Positions 12,916-28,505 of a stretch of DNA of 64,000 bases are shown in pieces. The DNA is from the human T2T-CHM13v2.0 reference genome, Homo sapiens. Where the stretch lies: NCBI RefSeq assembly GCF_009914755.1, contig NC_060926.1; one strand, given 5' to 3'. Position 1 is the first letter of the stretch. Each line of letters opens with the position of its first letter. The notes beneath the pieces are model-generated. The model did no database searches, had not been told where the DNA came from, and saw nothing but the letters and a program-made list of their open reading frames with translations. The position numbers were made by a program, and so were the translations under genes.

Positions 12916-15900
12916 TTATCATCACTGGAATCTACTCTCAATAGCCAACAGTCAGTCTTATCCCACCCTTTATCCTACCCTAGGTATGGTTGAATGTCTA
13001 GGTTCTGCTTGGCAAAGATGATTTAGACAATAAAGGAGAAAAACTGGAAACTTGGACAGCGATCAAGGCAGAGGATGGCCAAGCTTAGCCTGGAGGATGC
13101 ACAAGTTTTCAACATAATTGCAGGCTTAGTTATGGCCTTAGGATGAAATAAGTGGAAAGCTAAAATGGAGAAATAAATTAAGACAAAAATCTAGATATGA
13201 CTTAGGTAAAGGTGAAGTCTGTGACAATGATGAGAACTTGCTCCAGAGGTTTTATAGCACATAGGTTTACTGGTCAAAGCGATATTTTAGCAGCTCTGAT
13301 TCTATGTAGCTGATTCATATTTTAAAAGCCCCACCTTATAAGAGTAAAAACTATTTTCTGTATTGGTAGTATTTTTATTTATCGAACTCTTCCAATATGT
13401 ATTTGATGAAAATGATAGGTTGTTTGCCACATTGAGGAGAAATAGGGACACATCATATGCAGGCCAGATAGTGGCTAATCTCCTAATATCAGATTGTCTC
13501 TGGACAAGGGATCAAGTTTATCTGAACTTTACCTACAACCATGCCAGCTAAGCAGAACTACTCATGGATTTTCAGTTTTTTCATTTAAATTTGTATATTA
13601 ATATGTGATCCTAAGTAATGATGTATCTAAAGCATCTTTGTTTACTTTACACTAAATAAATTAGGATTTAACAATACAGTTGTACAATTTGTTTTTTTGT
13701 CCAACCCCAAGATTATTGATCTCCGGGAACTGAATCCCCAATGCTCAAGTGATTCAACACTTTAAGACAGGCAAGTAATGGATGACTGAGTTAAACACAA
13801 GGTAGAGAGCACATGGAATATGCATCTAACTGGTTTAATTAAGTTAGTTCCATCTAACTAACTTCCAGACTAGGAAGCTGAGGAGCAGCAACAAGAAGGC
13901 TCTGTTTAGAGGGTCATTAGTAAGGAATAGACAACTCAATTAGGTAATCCAGGGAGATACATTTTGTAACATGTGTTTTATAAACATAACTCAGCTCAAT
14001 ACATACCCGATTGAAATAAAAGAGTAAAATGTGAGCACCTCTTGTGTGTCAGTTGTGACGCCTCATGTTTTACTAGTGTTATCACATTTAGAGCTTAGGG
14101 CGGTCTTGCAAAATTGACAAGCAATTTGAGAGATAAGAAAACTAATTCAAATTTTGAGGTCACATTTGGATACTATGATTTATGGCTTGCTAGTCATTTT
14201 CACAAAGTGATTTTTTACAGCCATAATTTAACTTTCTATTTTTTTAAATCGATTTACCTCTTGTCTTGGCAAATAGGTAAACTGGATTATAATTACATGG
14301 TACCATCATAGGTTCCCCAGAAAAGGGTTTTTTTAATCCTCTCAAAATCACCACCACTTGCTCACTTATATTTTGAATCTGTTTTAGAAAACATAAAACT
14401 TTCTTTCTATTATTAGAGCTCTAGCTTTATATGTAAAAACACCTTTGGAAGAACTGGCACATTAAAATTGTTTCACACAGAGATGTAAATGGGTGCCAAT
14501 CTTCATTAAGTTTGCTGTGACATAAACAAAATTATACTTTTTCTATATCATGACTAAAAAGTAAAAGAGCGAAAGTAGACTAACAAAATGGAGAGAAAGA
14601 TGCCATAAGATTTCGCAAGAAACACAGGAAAAGGGGGGCAAGGGATATTAAACCAAATTCCCACTTTTTCTAAGGCACAACTTCAGATGTTTAATTTTTC
14701 ATTACTAAAGAAGATAACGATCAACCTTTAAAAATAATTGTTTTTCCATATTATCTTTATATCTGTTTTTTATAGTGAGACATTCATGTTTTGTTCATTC
14801 ACTTCCATGACGCACACCTTGCACTGATAAAATGACCAAGGCACCCCCAGGACTCATCATGGATGGTGACGAAAATCAAGCCTGAAAACTTGGATTCAGT
14901 GTGTCATCCTTTATAGTAGCACAATTTAGAAACAAGTTAGACTATTATGAATAAGTTGTTTCTCCACAGATTATTTTCTGTTTTGTTAAAACCCCATTTA
15001 GAATGAGATTGATTGAATGGTAATCACAACTATTCTAGTTGCCAATCACTCTTTGGGCTTCACTTTTTGTTATTGTCCTAGAGGGTCAGCAGCTGTGAAC
15101 TTGTTCTCATTAATTTTCCTGACAAGCGCTAGTTTACATAGAAATGGTTGAGTCCAAACTCAGGACCAATTTGAATTCATTTGAAGTTAGGGAAACAACT
15201 GATTAGGGCAGACCTCTAAATTCAACAGATGTTACATTCAGTTTTGCAAACTGATGGAGATTGAAGATCCGTGGCCTCAGTGGTTTATAATTGCACTCTA
15301 GCACACAATTGATTATTGTATATTATTTGTCATTTATATGGTATGAAAGCCTGGAGCCTTTGACTCATAGATGAATGTGTCAGTGAAGATGCTTTAGGTA
15401 TCCTACTCAACCCACCCTTATACACAAAAAGACTTATTTACCTAGCAGGAATCTAGAAACAGGGTGGATCTCAGGATGATGGATCCATTGATTCCATGCC
15501 ATTGAGGACTGCAACACATATTTCCCCACAGTGCCAGTTTCATCCTGTATTGACTCTCATGGTGAAGAATGGTTACTATCAGCAATTGGACCTACATGTT
15601 TCTTTGTATATATCTAAAAGCTGAGAAAGAAGGTTTCTCTTCAGTATTCTAATCAAGAAATTGTTCTATGATTTAGCTTGATTGGATTGTCTAAGTCACA
15701 TGTCAATAGTTAATAGTGACTGCGACTGGGGAAATATAATGTGCTGGTTATATTGCACTAATGCACATAAGCTCCATAACAGAAGAATAGACGCATTGCA
15801 GTTCTTTTGGAAGGACGAAGGGGTCAATATTTGCTAATCACACAACCAAAAATATCAACGATAGCCTCTGTCCAGCATCCAGAACACAGTCAGGCTTTGT

Positions 15901-16306
15901 TCTTCATTTCATTTTTGCATTGCATTTTGTAATTTTGTTTATTTATTTTTATTTTTGCAGTTAATGAATAGTAATATAGTCATATACCATGTAATCATGT
16001 TTTGGTCAACAACAAATTTCATGTATGACAGTGGTTGCATAAGATTATAATGGAACTGAAGAATTCCTATTGCCTAGTGACATCACAGCTGTCTTAATGT
16101 CATAGCACAATGAATTTCTCGTGTGAGTGATGATGATGCTGTAAACGATCCTGCTGTGCTGCCAGTCATATAAAAGTATACCACATGCAATTATATATAG
16201 AACATAATCCTTGATAATAATGTTACTCGTTTATATATTTACCATACTAGATTTCTTATGGCTATTTTAGTGTGTACTCCTACTTATTAAAAAAAAGTTA
16301 ACTGTA

Positions 16307-16665
<359 letters not shown>

Positions 16666-17284
16666 TTATCATAGGAGATGACAGCTCCATGCACGTTACT
16701 GCTGCTGAAGACTTTCCAGTGGGACAAGATGTGGCAGCAGAAGACCGTGATGTTGATGATCCTGACCCTACGGAGGCCTAGGCTAATGTGTGTGTTTTTG
16801 TCTTAATTTTTAACAAAAGCTTTAAAAAGAAAAAAACTAAAATAAATAAACTTAAACATAGAAAAAAGCTTAGAGAATAAGGATATGATTAAATAAGATA
16901 TTTTTGTACAGCTGTGCCATGTGTTTTAAATTAAGTGTTATTACAGAAGAATCAGAAAGTTAAAAAATTTAGTTTATAAAGTAAAAAACTGCAGTAAGCT
17001 AAGGTAAATTTACTACCGAAATTTTTAAAAATGAATTTAATAAAGCCTAGGTGTGCAGTGTTTGTAAAGCTTACAGCAGTGAACAGTAATGTCCTAGGCC
17101 CTCTCGTTCACTCACAACTTACTAAGTCCTGCAAGCTCCATTCATGATAAGTGCACCATTGTTTGCCTTTTACAGTACTTTTAGTGTACTTTTTCTATGT
17201 TTAGGTATGTTTAGATACACAAATACCATTGTGTTACAATTGCCTGCATTATTCAGTAGAGTAACATGCTGTTCAGGTTTGTAG

Positions 17285-17633
<349 letters not shown>

Positions 17634-17942
17634 GGGATATAAGCTAGATCCTATATAGAAGGTAGTGGTCTATACACCTTCAAGGTTTGTGTAAGTAGGC
17701 CCTATGATGTTTGCAGGAAAACAAAAATCACCTAACAAGGTATTTCTCAGAATGTGTTCTCCTCATTAAGTGATGCATAACTGTAAAATGATAGTAAGAA
17801 ATATACATATATAATAATATATAAAAAATCTGTCGTATCTATAAAAATTAAATGGAATGTTTTGAGAGGCTTGACACAATTAAGTGGTTAAAAACTCTTG
17901 TAGAATTCATGTTAAAGAAAAAAATATAAAACTGACAGGTGA

Positions 17943-18270
<328 letters not shown>

Positions 18271-18556
18271 GAAGGATTTGCAATCACATTATTTTGCAAA
18301 CATTTTAAATGTTTTAATGTTTTACTCTTCTTTTAAAAAAATGAAATTAGAGACCATAGAAAATATATTGTGGCATGATTATACTGAAAGGAAAAATTTG
18401 AACTTCAACTAGGGGCTATGCACTCAAAGAAGAAACATTTCTCCTGCATCAAATAACTAGTGAATGGTGTCTAGTAAAAATGCGTTTGTGCTAATACAAA
18501 AATGTTAAGATGTGCTTATTATTTCTATCTTAACTTAGCATTTTTAAAATCAGTGA

Positions 18557-18889
<333 letters not shown>

Positions 18890-19149
18890 TAAATAAGAGG
18901 ACATTTAATTTTAAGTTAGAAGTTTAAAATAAATTTAAAATAAACCAAATAAGTTTTACTTGATTTAATGAAAGTGAAATAATTTGAAGTAGAATTCTGA
19001 ACTTTGCATAAATGTTTATTATATGAATTTTTTAAATGCTCAACAATGTTTACAAATTAAAAATCATTAAAATGTTGTAATCAATTTAAACTACATATTT
19101 CATTTTTACAGCATTAGTTGATTCTTTGCTGTGAAATACATGATTAGAA

Positions 19150-20930
19150 CTTTTTTCCCCTCCCTAATTTTTTCTTCTACCTTCCCTCTGATTTTGTTGC
19201 TTTATTCAGCATTTATATACCATTCTATAGCTATAATTTTTCTATTGTTTTGTCTGTTATATTTAAATAGATTCAATGCATACTGCAACTTCTACCATGG
19301 TATCTCCATTTCGTAGTTATTTTAATGTATTTCTTGGCTGAATTTATCATTGGGCAGGTAATTTTTTCCCAAGAAAAATGTGAGTGCAATATTCCTCGAA
19401 GGCTTTTCTTGTTCACATTTGAAAATGTCTGCCTGTTGCCTTTTTCCTCAAATGATAATGTAACTGGAAATAACACAGAATTGTTGAATCATACTTTCCT
19501 TTTTAAACTGTGGATAGTTTTACATTGTTTTCTAGCATAGAATATTTCAGTGGAGAAGTTTGAAAACAGCATACTTTTTCCCCCTTGTAAGTAACTTCTC
19601 TGCAAAAAAGTATTTCTTCATCCTTGAAGTTCAATAAAAGATGAATTAGGATGGATATGCATGCTGGTGGTTCAGTGATAAATTCTCCTAGTATTTTATT
19701 TATTGTGCCTATTTAGTTTGCAGGTTCAATGATCTCTCATTTCAGGAGTTTTTTCCTATGTTACTTTCCTCATTACTATTTTCCATTCCATTTGTTGGAT
19801 TTTCTACTTGGAGAGCATCAATTATCTTTACCTTCAATCTTCTTTGTCCATCTTCCATATCTATCATCTTCTAATTGCTTTGTTCTCTCGGTCTTTTTCT
19901 TCACATTCACTCTGATTAATTCCATCTATGCCAGCAGCTTGATAGTCAAGAATCCTACTTTGTTTATTTTGGCTTTCATTCATTTATTATATTAATATCT
20001 GTAGCAAAATTGTTTTGATATTCAGTTTGCTTTGATAATTTTTATTCTGCTACTTATTAACATTTTTCTCTTTTATTGAATTCATGTTTATATTAAATAT
20101 GTTTACATCTTGTGCAATTGTCTCTGTTGTTTTATATTTTGTGTGTTGTGATCCTCTCAACACACACCCTACCCTTGACCAAACACGCTTGCAAAGTTAT
20201 ATGCCATTTTTAAAATCTCATTCATCATTAATTTGGGCAGCTCTGTCTACACCTTCTATTTACTTTGTTATAATGTAAGTGAATGAATTCTTCACACTTT
20301 CACCATCTTATCTAGTACCTTTGCTTTTCCTTTGAAATTATTATTTGAACGGTGGATACTAAAAATAATCTACTTTTTTATACCTGAAGTCATGAAGACA
20401 GCTTTATCTTGGATAAAGCTGAGACCATTCCTTGTTGGAGCACATAGCTCCATTCTCTTCTTCGAAATTGAATGTTTTGTACTAGAGCCAGCTCTCCTAG
20501 ACAGGTAGGGGTTCTGCAAGTCAGCAACCTCCCACACCTGTCCCCCACCTCAAGAAAGCAATCACTCTGAGTTTTTCTACCTCTGCCAAAGTCCTACATT
20601 GCTGTGTAAAATCCTCCAATCTCAAGAGCTATTTTCATTCTAAAAATTTTCCCTGGTTTACTTCTAGTATTCTTAATATATTTCTCTCCAAACTGGAGAA
20701 ATATTATTAAGGTTATCAGCTAACTCCTCTTCTTTCCTCGATACTGTTGTACCCAATTCCAGAATTTTCTTTTTTCTTTTTTTTTTTTGATTGCCACTTT
20801 TTGATGTTTATATTTATTTGCTGATGGTGAATCTTATCAAATTTTTTAACTGGTTTTGTGCTTTTTTGGTTTGCAAATTTGGGAGGGAGATTTTGCAATA
20901 CTGCCTCCCTCTGACATCTTAATGCAAAAT
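19150..20930 (-). mobile_element. Very old L1-related element (HAL1 or L1ME 5' region)
   Basis: T-rich strand with cattgttttctagcatagaatatttcagtggagaagtttgaa...ttttcccccttgtaagtaact, typical of antisense HAL1/L1M ORF1; ends approximate. Confidence 0.5.
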
Positions 20931-21079
20931 CATCTGATCTCTAAAATTCTACCAGACATGACAAAAATGAAGTAAAAGAAAAGAAGTACAAGTGAGTGAG
21001 GGTATTAGCAGTTTTTCAGTAATTAAAAGTAGCATGATGAATTTAGCAGTTTGGATCGCTGTCCTGACATTGGCAACGT

Positions 21080-21240
21080 TAATCAGTAAAGTTTCTACGA
21101 TGACGGAAATGTTCTATATATTTCCTGTCCAATATGGTTACCACTAGCCAAATATGGCTATTGAGCACTTGAAGTGTGACTGGTGTGAGTGAAGAACCAA
21201 TATATTCTATTATATTTTAAGTAATTTGAATTAAAATAAA
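21080..21240. mobile_element. MER3 DNA transposon, followed by a MER5-like scrap to ~21330
   Basis: tttctacgatgacggaaatgttctatat...tgtccaatatggttaccactagcca..tggctattgagcacttgaa. Confidence 0.85.
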
Positions 21241-23017
21241 AGAATTCAGTAGGTCTCATTCAGTAGGTCGGGGAAATGACCAATGACCTGATACTGCCTA
21301 TCCAGGGTACCACACTTTGAAAAGCTCTCCTCTATATAACCAACGTTTCTGTACAGATTAAAATCACACTGTTGATAAAATTGTGCAATCACAGGGAAAG
21401 TAGTAGATGGTGCAATATACTTGTCTATAACAACATAGGGATTCTCAAGAATCTCAGGACATAATCTCCAGTAAGAGACAAGACACTACTCTTTGTTCTT
21501 TCCTCACAGAAAATAACCACCTTGTCTCTTTCCCATTCCTTTCAATTGTTACCTGGTGTCTTGTGATAATAATAGAATCACAAACTTCCAAGTCCTGGTT
21601 TCAGCTGTAGAAGACCCTTTAAATAGGAGTTGGGTTCATTCCCAAATAAAAAATGACACTAATATTTTAATATAGGTATATATCCAAATGATTTCTTCAT
21701 GACATTGGTAGATAATTTTATAACTCACTAAAGGCAAATACTTTAATGAAGAGGAATGTTTTATGTCATGCATGCTTGTTACCATCAACAATATAAGAAT
21801 TGTAGTTATTTCCTTCTGTAATTCCTATCCCTAACACACTGCTGACATTTTCCATGCTGGACCGTATAATTCAGTATGGCTCCTCTCACACAAATTAGGA
21901 CATTTTGTCATGTTCAAATACAGAGAAAGACATAGCCTAGCATTTCCTAGAGAAGAAAAATTGTCAGCATTTTCTTCCACTGAGCAATCTCACCATATAG
22001 TTTCATTGATCTAACAGCTGATCATATTTTCTAAATCAGTTGAATTTTGGAACCATTTTCAGTAGTGTTTTACAGAGACATTTTCTCTAGCTTGAATATT
22101 TAAAATGGTAAATATTGTTATCTGACTTTATTAAAAATGTTAATCAGGCTCATTGGGGAAAGAGAATCAAGATAATCAGAACAGCTATTCTATTTTTTAA
22201 AAAAATTTAATTAAAATAAATTTAAAAATTCTTCTAAAATCTTAAAATTTTTAAAATTATATGACAGATCCCATCAGTTCTTTCCATCAGTTTTGATGTT
22301 TCCTATCATTTTGTTACTGTTTTAACAAATATGTAATAAAAATCATGATGTTTATTATTATTGTTTGAGTCTATTGTTTGGTAGGCTTTCTCTATTCTTG
22401 CTATAGATTTGTACTCAGTTATCTTAAATTTTTGTCACTAGTTGAGTGAAGATATTTGATATTTAGTGGGAATTACTAAACAATCTGTCACGTTTGATAA
22501 TGTGTAAATATGTTGGACATATAATCTTATATTTTGAAAACTTGTTATTGCAAAAGCTATACTTTAATCTTGAAAGCAAATCACCAAGTGAGATTTACTC
22601 AGGGTTCATTTTACATTTTTGTAGCATTCATGGATGAACTACTTTGAAGATTAAATTATAAGCAATAAAAATTAATTTACTACAATAGTAAATATACCAG
22701 TAAATTAGTAGGAAATAATCACTTAAAACTTATACAATACAATTTTAATTATGTAGAGTCCATGTTTAGATATATTTTCTTTATGATATACATGGGCCAC
22801 AATCAAGCATATTAATTTTCTGCCTGCTGGCGCAAAAGTCGGTTGGTATCTTCCTAAGAAAATTTTGTCAGTTTCTATAGTCTTTTGCAATCGTGTATAT
22901 TCTAAGACTTGTTTGGTTTTGAGTGTTAAGTCTCTATTAATCAAGTATAATGAGGATAATCTCTCTTACATTATTTTAAACAAGTAATTTTATTTCCCTA
23001 CCTTCCATCATTTTTCT

Positions 23018-23115
23018 TTGTTTTAGCTTTATCAATGTATAACTGACAAATAAAACTTGTTTACAAGCAGGATGTACAACATAATGTTTTGATATGTATA
23101 TACATTGTGAAATGT
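23018..23115 (-). mobile_element. L1MA extreme 3' fragment
   Basis: gtataactgacaaataaaac..gtacaacataatgttttgatatgtatatacattgtgaaatg. Confidence 0.7.
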
Positions 23116-24494
23116 CTATTATTTGTCTTGATTCCTCAATCAGACAGCCTATATGTGAGGACAGTGATGTGAATATAATTTGTGACTGTGTGTGTTTTAC
23201 TTCTTTATCCCTGCTAAGAAAATAGATAAGGAAGTTAAGTGGAAAGAGTATCTTTATATGAGTAACTATGAATCTGATCTTATTTATCTTTTAATAATAA
23301 TATAGTCACAAATCTTCTGTTTTCTAACACTATCTATAAATGCCTATTGACACTTTTTTAATATCCCTGTAAAATTACGTTGACACTCAAGAATATGGTT
23401 AAGAGGCATTTCTCTACTGAGTTACAAAGATTTTATAAACAAATTTAAAGGGCAAGCGATACATTAGGAAAAATTATCTGTTACCTATATGATGTACGAA
23501 AAAGAAAAAGTCACACTTCATACAGTTTCTAGAACTTAGAAGGAACAAAAAGAATCTACTGAAAAAAAAAAAAAAGAATACAATTCAGAAATTCCCTGAA
23601 CTAGAAATCCAAATGGCCAAAACACAATCCCAGGTTCAATTAACAAATCCAACTCTTAACAATAATGATACCTCCCAGAGCGCTGCAGGTATAAGCATGA
23701 GCCACTGCACCCCACCTCCACCTTTCCTTTTTAACTATCAGTTTCATATGCCTGATTTTTTTTTACAATAAGCATGTTATATTTGTAATTTTTCGTTTAA
23801 CTTAACGTCAATAACGTTTTATACTCCATAGTATAGAAAAATATAGTATACCTATTCTTTTATATTTAAAGAAAAAAATTTAAATTAAATGCAGTTTTAT
23901 CGAAATATGTTGTGTCATTTTTTTTTTTTTGTCCAAAACAACATAGCTGTTCTGCAGTGAGTGTATGGAGACAGGTGTTATCATATACTATTGATAGGAG
24001 AGTAAATTGGCCCAGTCATTTCAGAGGGCAATTTGACTGTATTTCTCAAAACTCTAAATGCTCAAATCCAATAACTGATAAACTCTATTTCTAAGAATAA
24101 GTCCTGAAAAGACTTTCAGCTGGGGCTATACGATGTCTGTGCAAAGGGCCCCCTACCACATTCTACGACATTTTTATGTAACAGTAAAATATTGGAAAAT
24201 ACCTCTGTATCCAAGTCTGGTAAAATAATTTTGTTGAATCAATATAATGGATTACTTGTAGCCAATAAAAATAAGAAGATGTGTGTGAAAAATGTATCTT
24301 TTACCGAAAAAAAAACAAGTTGAAAAAACAAAATCTAGTTACAATACTTTTTTACATAAAAGATATACACATAAGTGAATACATATGTGCATGTATAAAT
24401 GTATGAGCCCATATGATCGTAAGAAAAAGGTCTAAAATGGTATACTCTAAATAGTCTACTACTGGGAATTCGGACTGAGTGGCTAAGTGAGACC

Positions 24495-24823
24495 CCTTTC
24501 TCTTTCTCTTTCTCTCTCTCCTTCGAAACCGGGTCTCTCTCTGTTATCCAGACTGGAATGCAGTGGCACAATTATAGCTCACTGCAGCCTGGAGCTCCTG
24601 GGCTTAAGTAATCCTCCTGCCTCAGTTTCCTGAGTAGCTGGGACTACAAGCTCATGCCATCATGCCCAGCTAGTTATTTTTGTTTTGTTTTGTTTTTTGT
24701 TTTTGTTTTTTTTTTTTTAGATAGGGTGTCTCACTATTTCTCCAGGCTGGTATCAAACTCCTGGCCTCAAATGAGTCTTCTCCTGGGTCACTGGGATTAC
24801 AGTGGTGAGCCATTGTGTTCCAC
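24495..24823 (-). mobile_element. AluJ (Jo-like)
   Basis: atagctcactgcagcctggagctcctgggcttaag; expanded middle T-tract. Confidence 0.88.
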
Positions 24824-25066
24824 CTTTCTTTTTATTTTTGAGACAGGGTCTCACTCTGTCTCCCAGGCTCCAGTGCAGTGGCCCGGATCTCAGCTCACTA
24901 CAACTTCCACCTCCTGGGTTCAAGTGATCCTCCCACCTCAGCCTCCTGAGTAGCTGGGACTACAGGCACACACCACCATGCCCAGCTAATTTTTGTCTTT
25001 TTTGGTAGAGATGGGGTTTCACCATTTTGGCCAGGCTGGTCTCGAACTCCTGACCTCAAGTGATCC
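24824..25066 (-). mobile_element. 5'-truncated AluJb/S directly adjacent to the AluJ
   Basis: gagacagggtctcactctg...tgacctcaagtgatcc, then the similarity stops. Confidence 0.88.
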
Positions 25067-25522
25067 TGTTCTGTCCTGTAAAAAAATAAAAAATAAAAAA
25101 ACACTTTCAATAATATGCAGCAAGCTTTTGTTTGGGAGGGGAGATAATATGTAAATTTAAACTATTAACTTTTCTTTAAGGATTACTACAAAAATAGATT
25201 TTAATTCCTATCATTATGGACTATTAACATTTTATATTCTACTATTTCAAGCAGTTATGCTAATTTATTTTAGAGATTCTTCAACTCTTCTTTTCCAACA
25301 AATATTTTATAATGATCTATAAAGATAAAAAAAACAGAGCCAGTAAATTATGACTTTCCTGTTATACTAATGCCACACATTTTATGATTGTAGTGACAGA
25401 GGTGTCTGTCATGAAACAATGACTAATTGTAGGAAGTACAAGCCTTCTTTAAAATTAATGAAGCTTCAGCAAAATAACAAAATATGAAAAAAATCAAAAT
25501 TATTTTTTACTTCAAATATACA

Positions 25523-25834
25523 TTTTTTTCTTTTTTTTTTTTAATTGACACAAGGTGTCACTCTGTCACCCAGGCTGGAGTTCACTGGTGCCATCGTGGC
25601 TCCCTGCAGCCTCTACGTCCCAGGCTCAATCCATCCTCCCACCTCAGCCTCCTGAATAGCTGGGACTATAGTCGCATGCCACCATGCCTGGCTAATTTTT
25701 GCATTTTTTTTTTTTGTAGAAATGGAGTTTCGCCATGTTGCCCAGGCTGGTCTTGAACTCCTGGGCTCAAGCGATCTGCCCACCTGAGCCTCCCAAAGTG
25801 CTGTGATTACAGGTGTGAGCCACCGCGCCCAGCC
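25523..25834 (-). mobile_element. Full-length AluJ (Jb-like)
   Basis: ctgggctcaagcgatctgccc J diagnostics; full dimer. Confidence 0.9.
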
Positions 25835-26629
25835 AATTTTGCAAATTGAACTTTCAATTATAAAAGATTATTTGTCTTACTTAAGCATTGTTGTCCTACT
25901 AAACTATTATTTCTATGCATTAATTATGCCTTGGTGACTTTAGGTTTGAAATCAAAACCCATTTTCTTTTATATAATATTAACAACACTATTCAGAGCTA
26001 AGACGCATTATAACTAATGATGCATTATATACACTTGATTATTAATTTTGCTTTTTAAGTGAATAGGAAGAGTGGATATGAAGAGAATGCCCACAGTCCT
26101 CATTGCTGTGGAGATTTGCTTTCCACGATTTTAAATCAGGGTTATCAGAAAAATCCAGTTTCTCCCTAGAAAGGTTTAATTAGTTACATTTGTTGAAAAG
26201 TTTGACACATTCTAGATGCTTTATATTTAAGACTGTTTTATAATTAAATGCCATATTATGAAAGCTCTTCTTGCTTCTGTATTAACTTATTAATGGATAT
26301 TGAATTAAAATCATAAAACTTAATCCTCACTGTTGAATATTTCTTAAATCTCAACTAATAAACAGTTGGCATATGGACATTCTTATTGAAATATAGGACA
26401 TTTTTACTGGTGAATACATTTTTCCACTTAAAAGTTTTTATGCTGATATAATATAATTGGTTCCATTAAGCTATTATAATATAAATTGCATTCCCCTAAG
26501 GTCATTTTAGCCTTTACACATGGTTAAAGGCTTTCATGAGTTATATAAAACTCAGAGCTGTCAATGAATTTACTATTGAGTAGCAGACTGCCAAGTAGAC
26601 TGAACAACTGAAAAAGGGGAGAAAAAGCA

Positions 26630-26900
26630 AAATAATGATAAAAGTAGATAACATTTATATAGAGCTCACTACAAGTCAAGCACTTTTTAAATTGTCTCAT
26701 CCATATTAATTCATCTAATTCTCATAGTGATCTTGGAGGTTGATCCCCTTATCATCCCCACATTGCAGAAACTGAGGCCTGGAGAGGTTAAGCAATTTAC
26801 CTGTTGTCATACAGGCAGTAAGGAATTAAGCTACGGTTTAACCCCAGATATTCTGGCTCCAGAGCCCATGCTTTGACTTAACCACTCTTACACCGCCTCT
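26630..26900 (-). mobile_element. Near full-length MIR
   Basis: gaaactgaggcctggagaggttaagcaatttacc...tctggctccagagcccatgct. Confidence 0.88.
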
Positions 26901-27438
26901 CCATGCAAATTGCTGTTGGATGATTGAAATGGTATGGGTGCTTAGAATCAAGTGACATATAAGGCTGCAGACAAAGACAGACCTAAGATTTTATCATTTT
27001 AATTCACTACCACTAAACAATTGGCCAGAACTTGGACTTTCTGGCCCTGTACTTATTTCTTTCATAGTCTACACCAACATATTTGACATGATTCCATTCT
27101 GCTGCCACAAGTGATAGACTGTAAAGAGAAGTAGTTATTTGCTTCTAATATTTTGCCAGATAATTAATATAGAAAATGATACATTTTTTCTCATCAAATG
27201 CACCAATGCATTTTTCACTGGAATATGAACCCTGGTTTGCAGAATGGGGCTAGTCTGGGGCAAATTCGCGACTGCCGCCTTGGGTTCCAAAGACCAGGCT
27301 GACTCAGGAGGAATATTACTCAAGGTAACTGCAGTTTGTAAAACATGAGCAAAAAGAATAAAAAAGGAAAAAAAAAAAGATCAGAGCTGCAAGTCACTTG
27401 CATATGGCAATCCTGCAGGCATGTTAAGAATGAAAACA

Positions 27439-27570
27439 GCTGGGTGCAGTGGCATGCACCTGTGGCCCCAGCTACTTAGGAGGCTGACACAGAAAGATGG
27501 CTTTAGGCTAGGAGTTCAAATCCAGCTTGGGAAACATAGCAAAAACCTGTCTAAATAAATAAATAAATAA
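27439..27570 (+). mobile_element. Free Alu monomer (FLAM_A/FAM-like)
   Basis: Single ~110-bp monomer with (TAAA)n tail; aaaacag on both flanks. Confidence 0.8.
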
Positions 27571-27599
27571 AACAGGATTTAAATAGGAAAATGACTAGT

Positions 27600-28505
27600 G
27601 AAGGAACCCATCAGGCACCATTGTTCTAGTCAAAACTTTAGCATTATCCTAGTTGGTTATTTCCCTCACTTCTCTACTGTGATATCAGAGCCTTTAGGAA
27701 GCCTTGAGGTTCATTTCCAAAACAAAGTGAGACATGCCCGTGTTTGCCATTGCCATGACTCCTGCCCGCTATTCCAATCTGTGGTCCTCTCTTCCCAAGA
27801 GCTCAGCCTTGGCCCCAGCTATGTGTCCATTTCCATGGCTTTTACACTTGCCCTCTCCTAGGTTGTATCCATGACACACAGCAGAGGTTTTTAAATTAGA
27901 AATGAGATCATATCACTCTCCTGACTAAAACTCATTTCAGTGAAAATAAGAAAGATTGATATATTCCCATATATGTTAGAAGAAAGTTCAAACTCCTTGT
28001 CAAGGCCCAAAGATTCTAAATAATTCTGCCTTTCTCTAACTCCATCTCATCTCTTCTCCCACCTCCTCCCATCATGCTTACTTATTTCCAGTTATACTGT
28101 TTCCCCTTCAATTCTGCAAATAGCCACACTGTCTCTTGACTTTGTACTTTTTTTTTCCTTCTGTCTTGAATGCTCTTCCCTAGCTCTTCAAATGCCTGGC
28201 TCAGTCTCACTCAGTTCTGGGCTCACTGTCACCTTTTAGAGAAACCTTGCTGATCAGTTATTTAAAACAGGGCTCCTTATTTATTTTCTATCACATCACC
28301 ATATTTATTTTCTTCACAGCAGTTGCCACAGTCTAAATTATCTTGCGTACTTATTTGATTACCTGTGTATTGTCTGCTCCAGTAGACTGTAAGCTTTACC
28401 AGAACAGCAACCTATTCTGCCTCATTTGAAGTGTGCACCCTACGTTGAGCAAAATGCCTGGCATGTAGTAAGCAAGTGGTAAATGTCTATTGCATGAATA
28501 AAACT
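27600..28505 (+). mobile_element. L2 3' portion
   Basis: agatcatatcactctcctg..aaaac; tagactgtaagct; tgcctggcatgtagtaagc..aaatgtctattgcatgaata. Confidence 0.8.
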
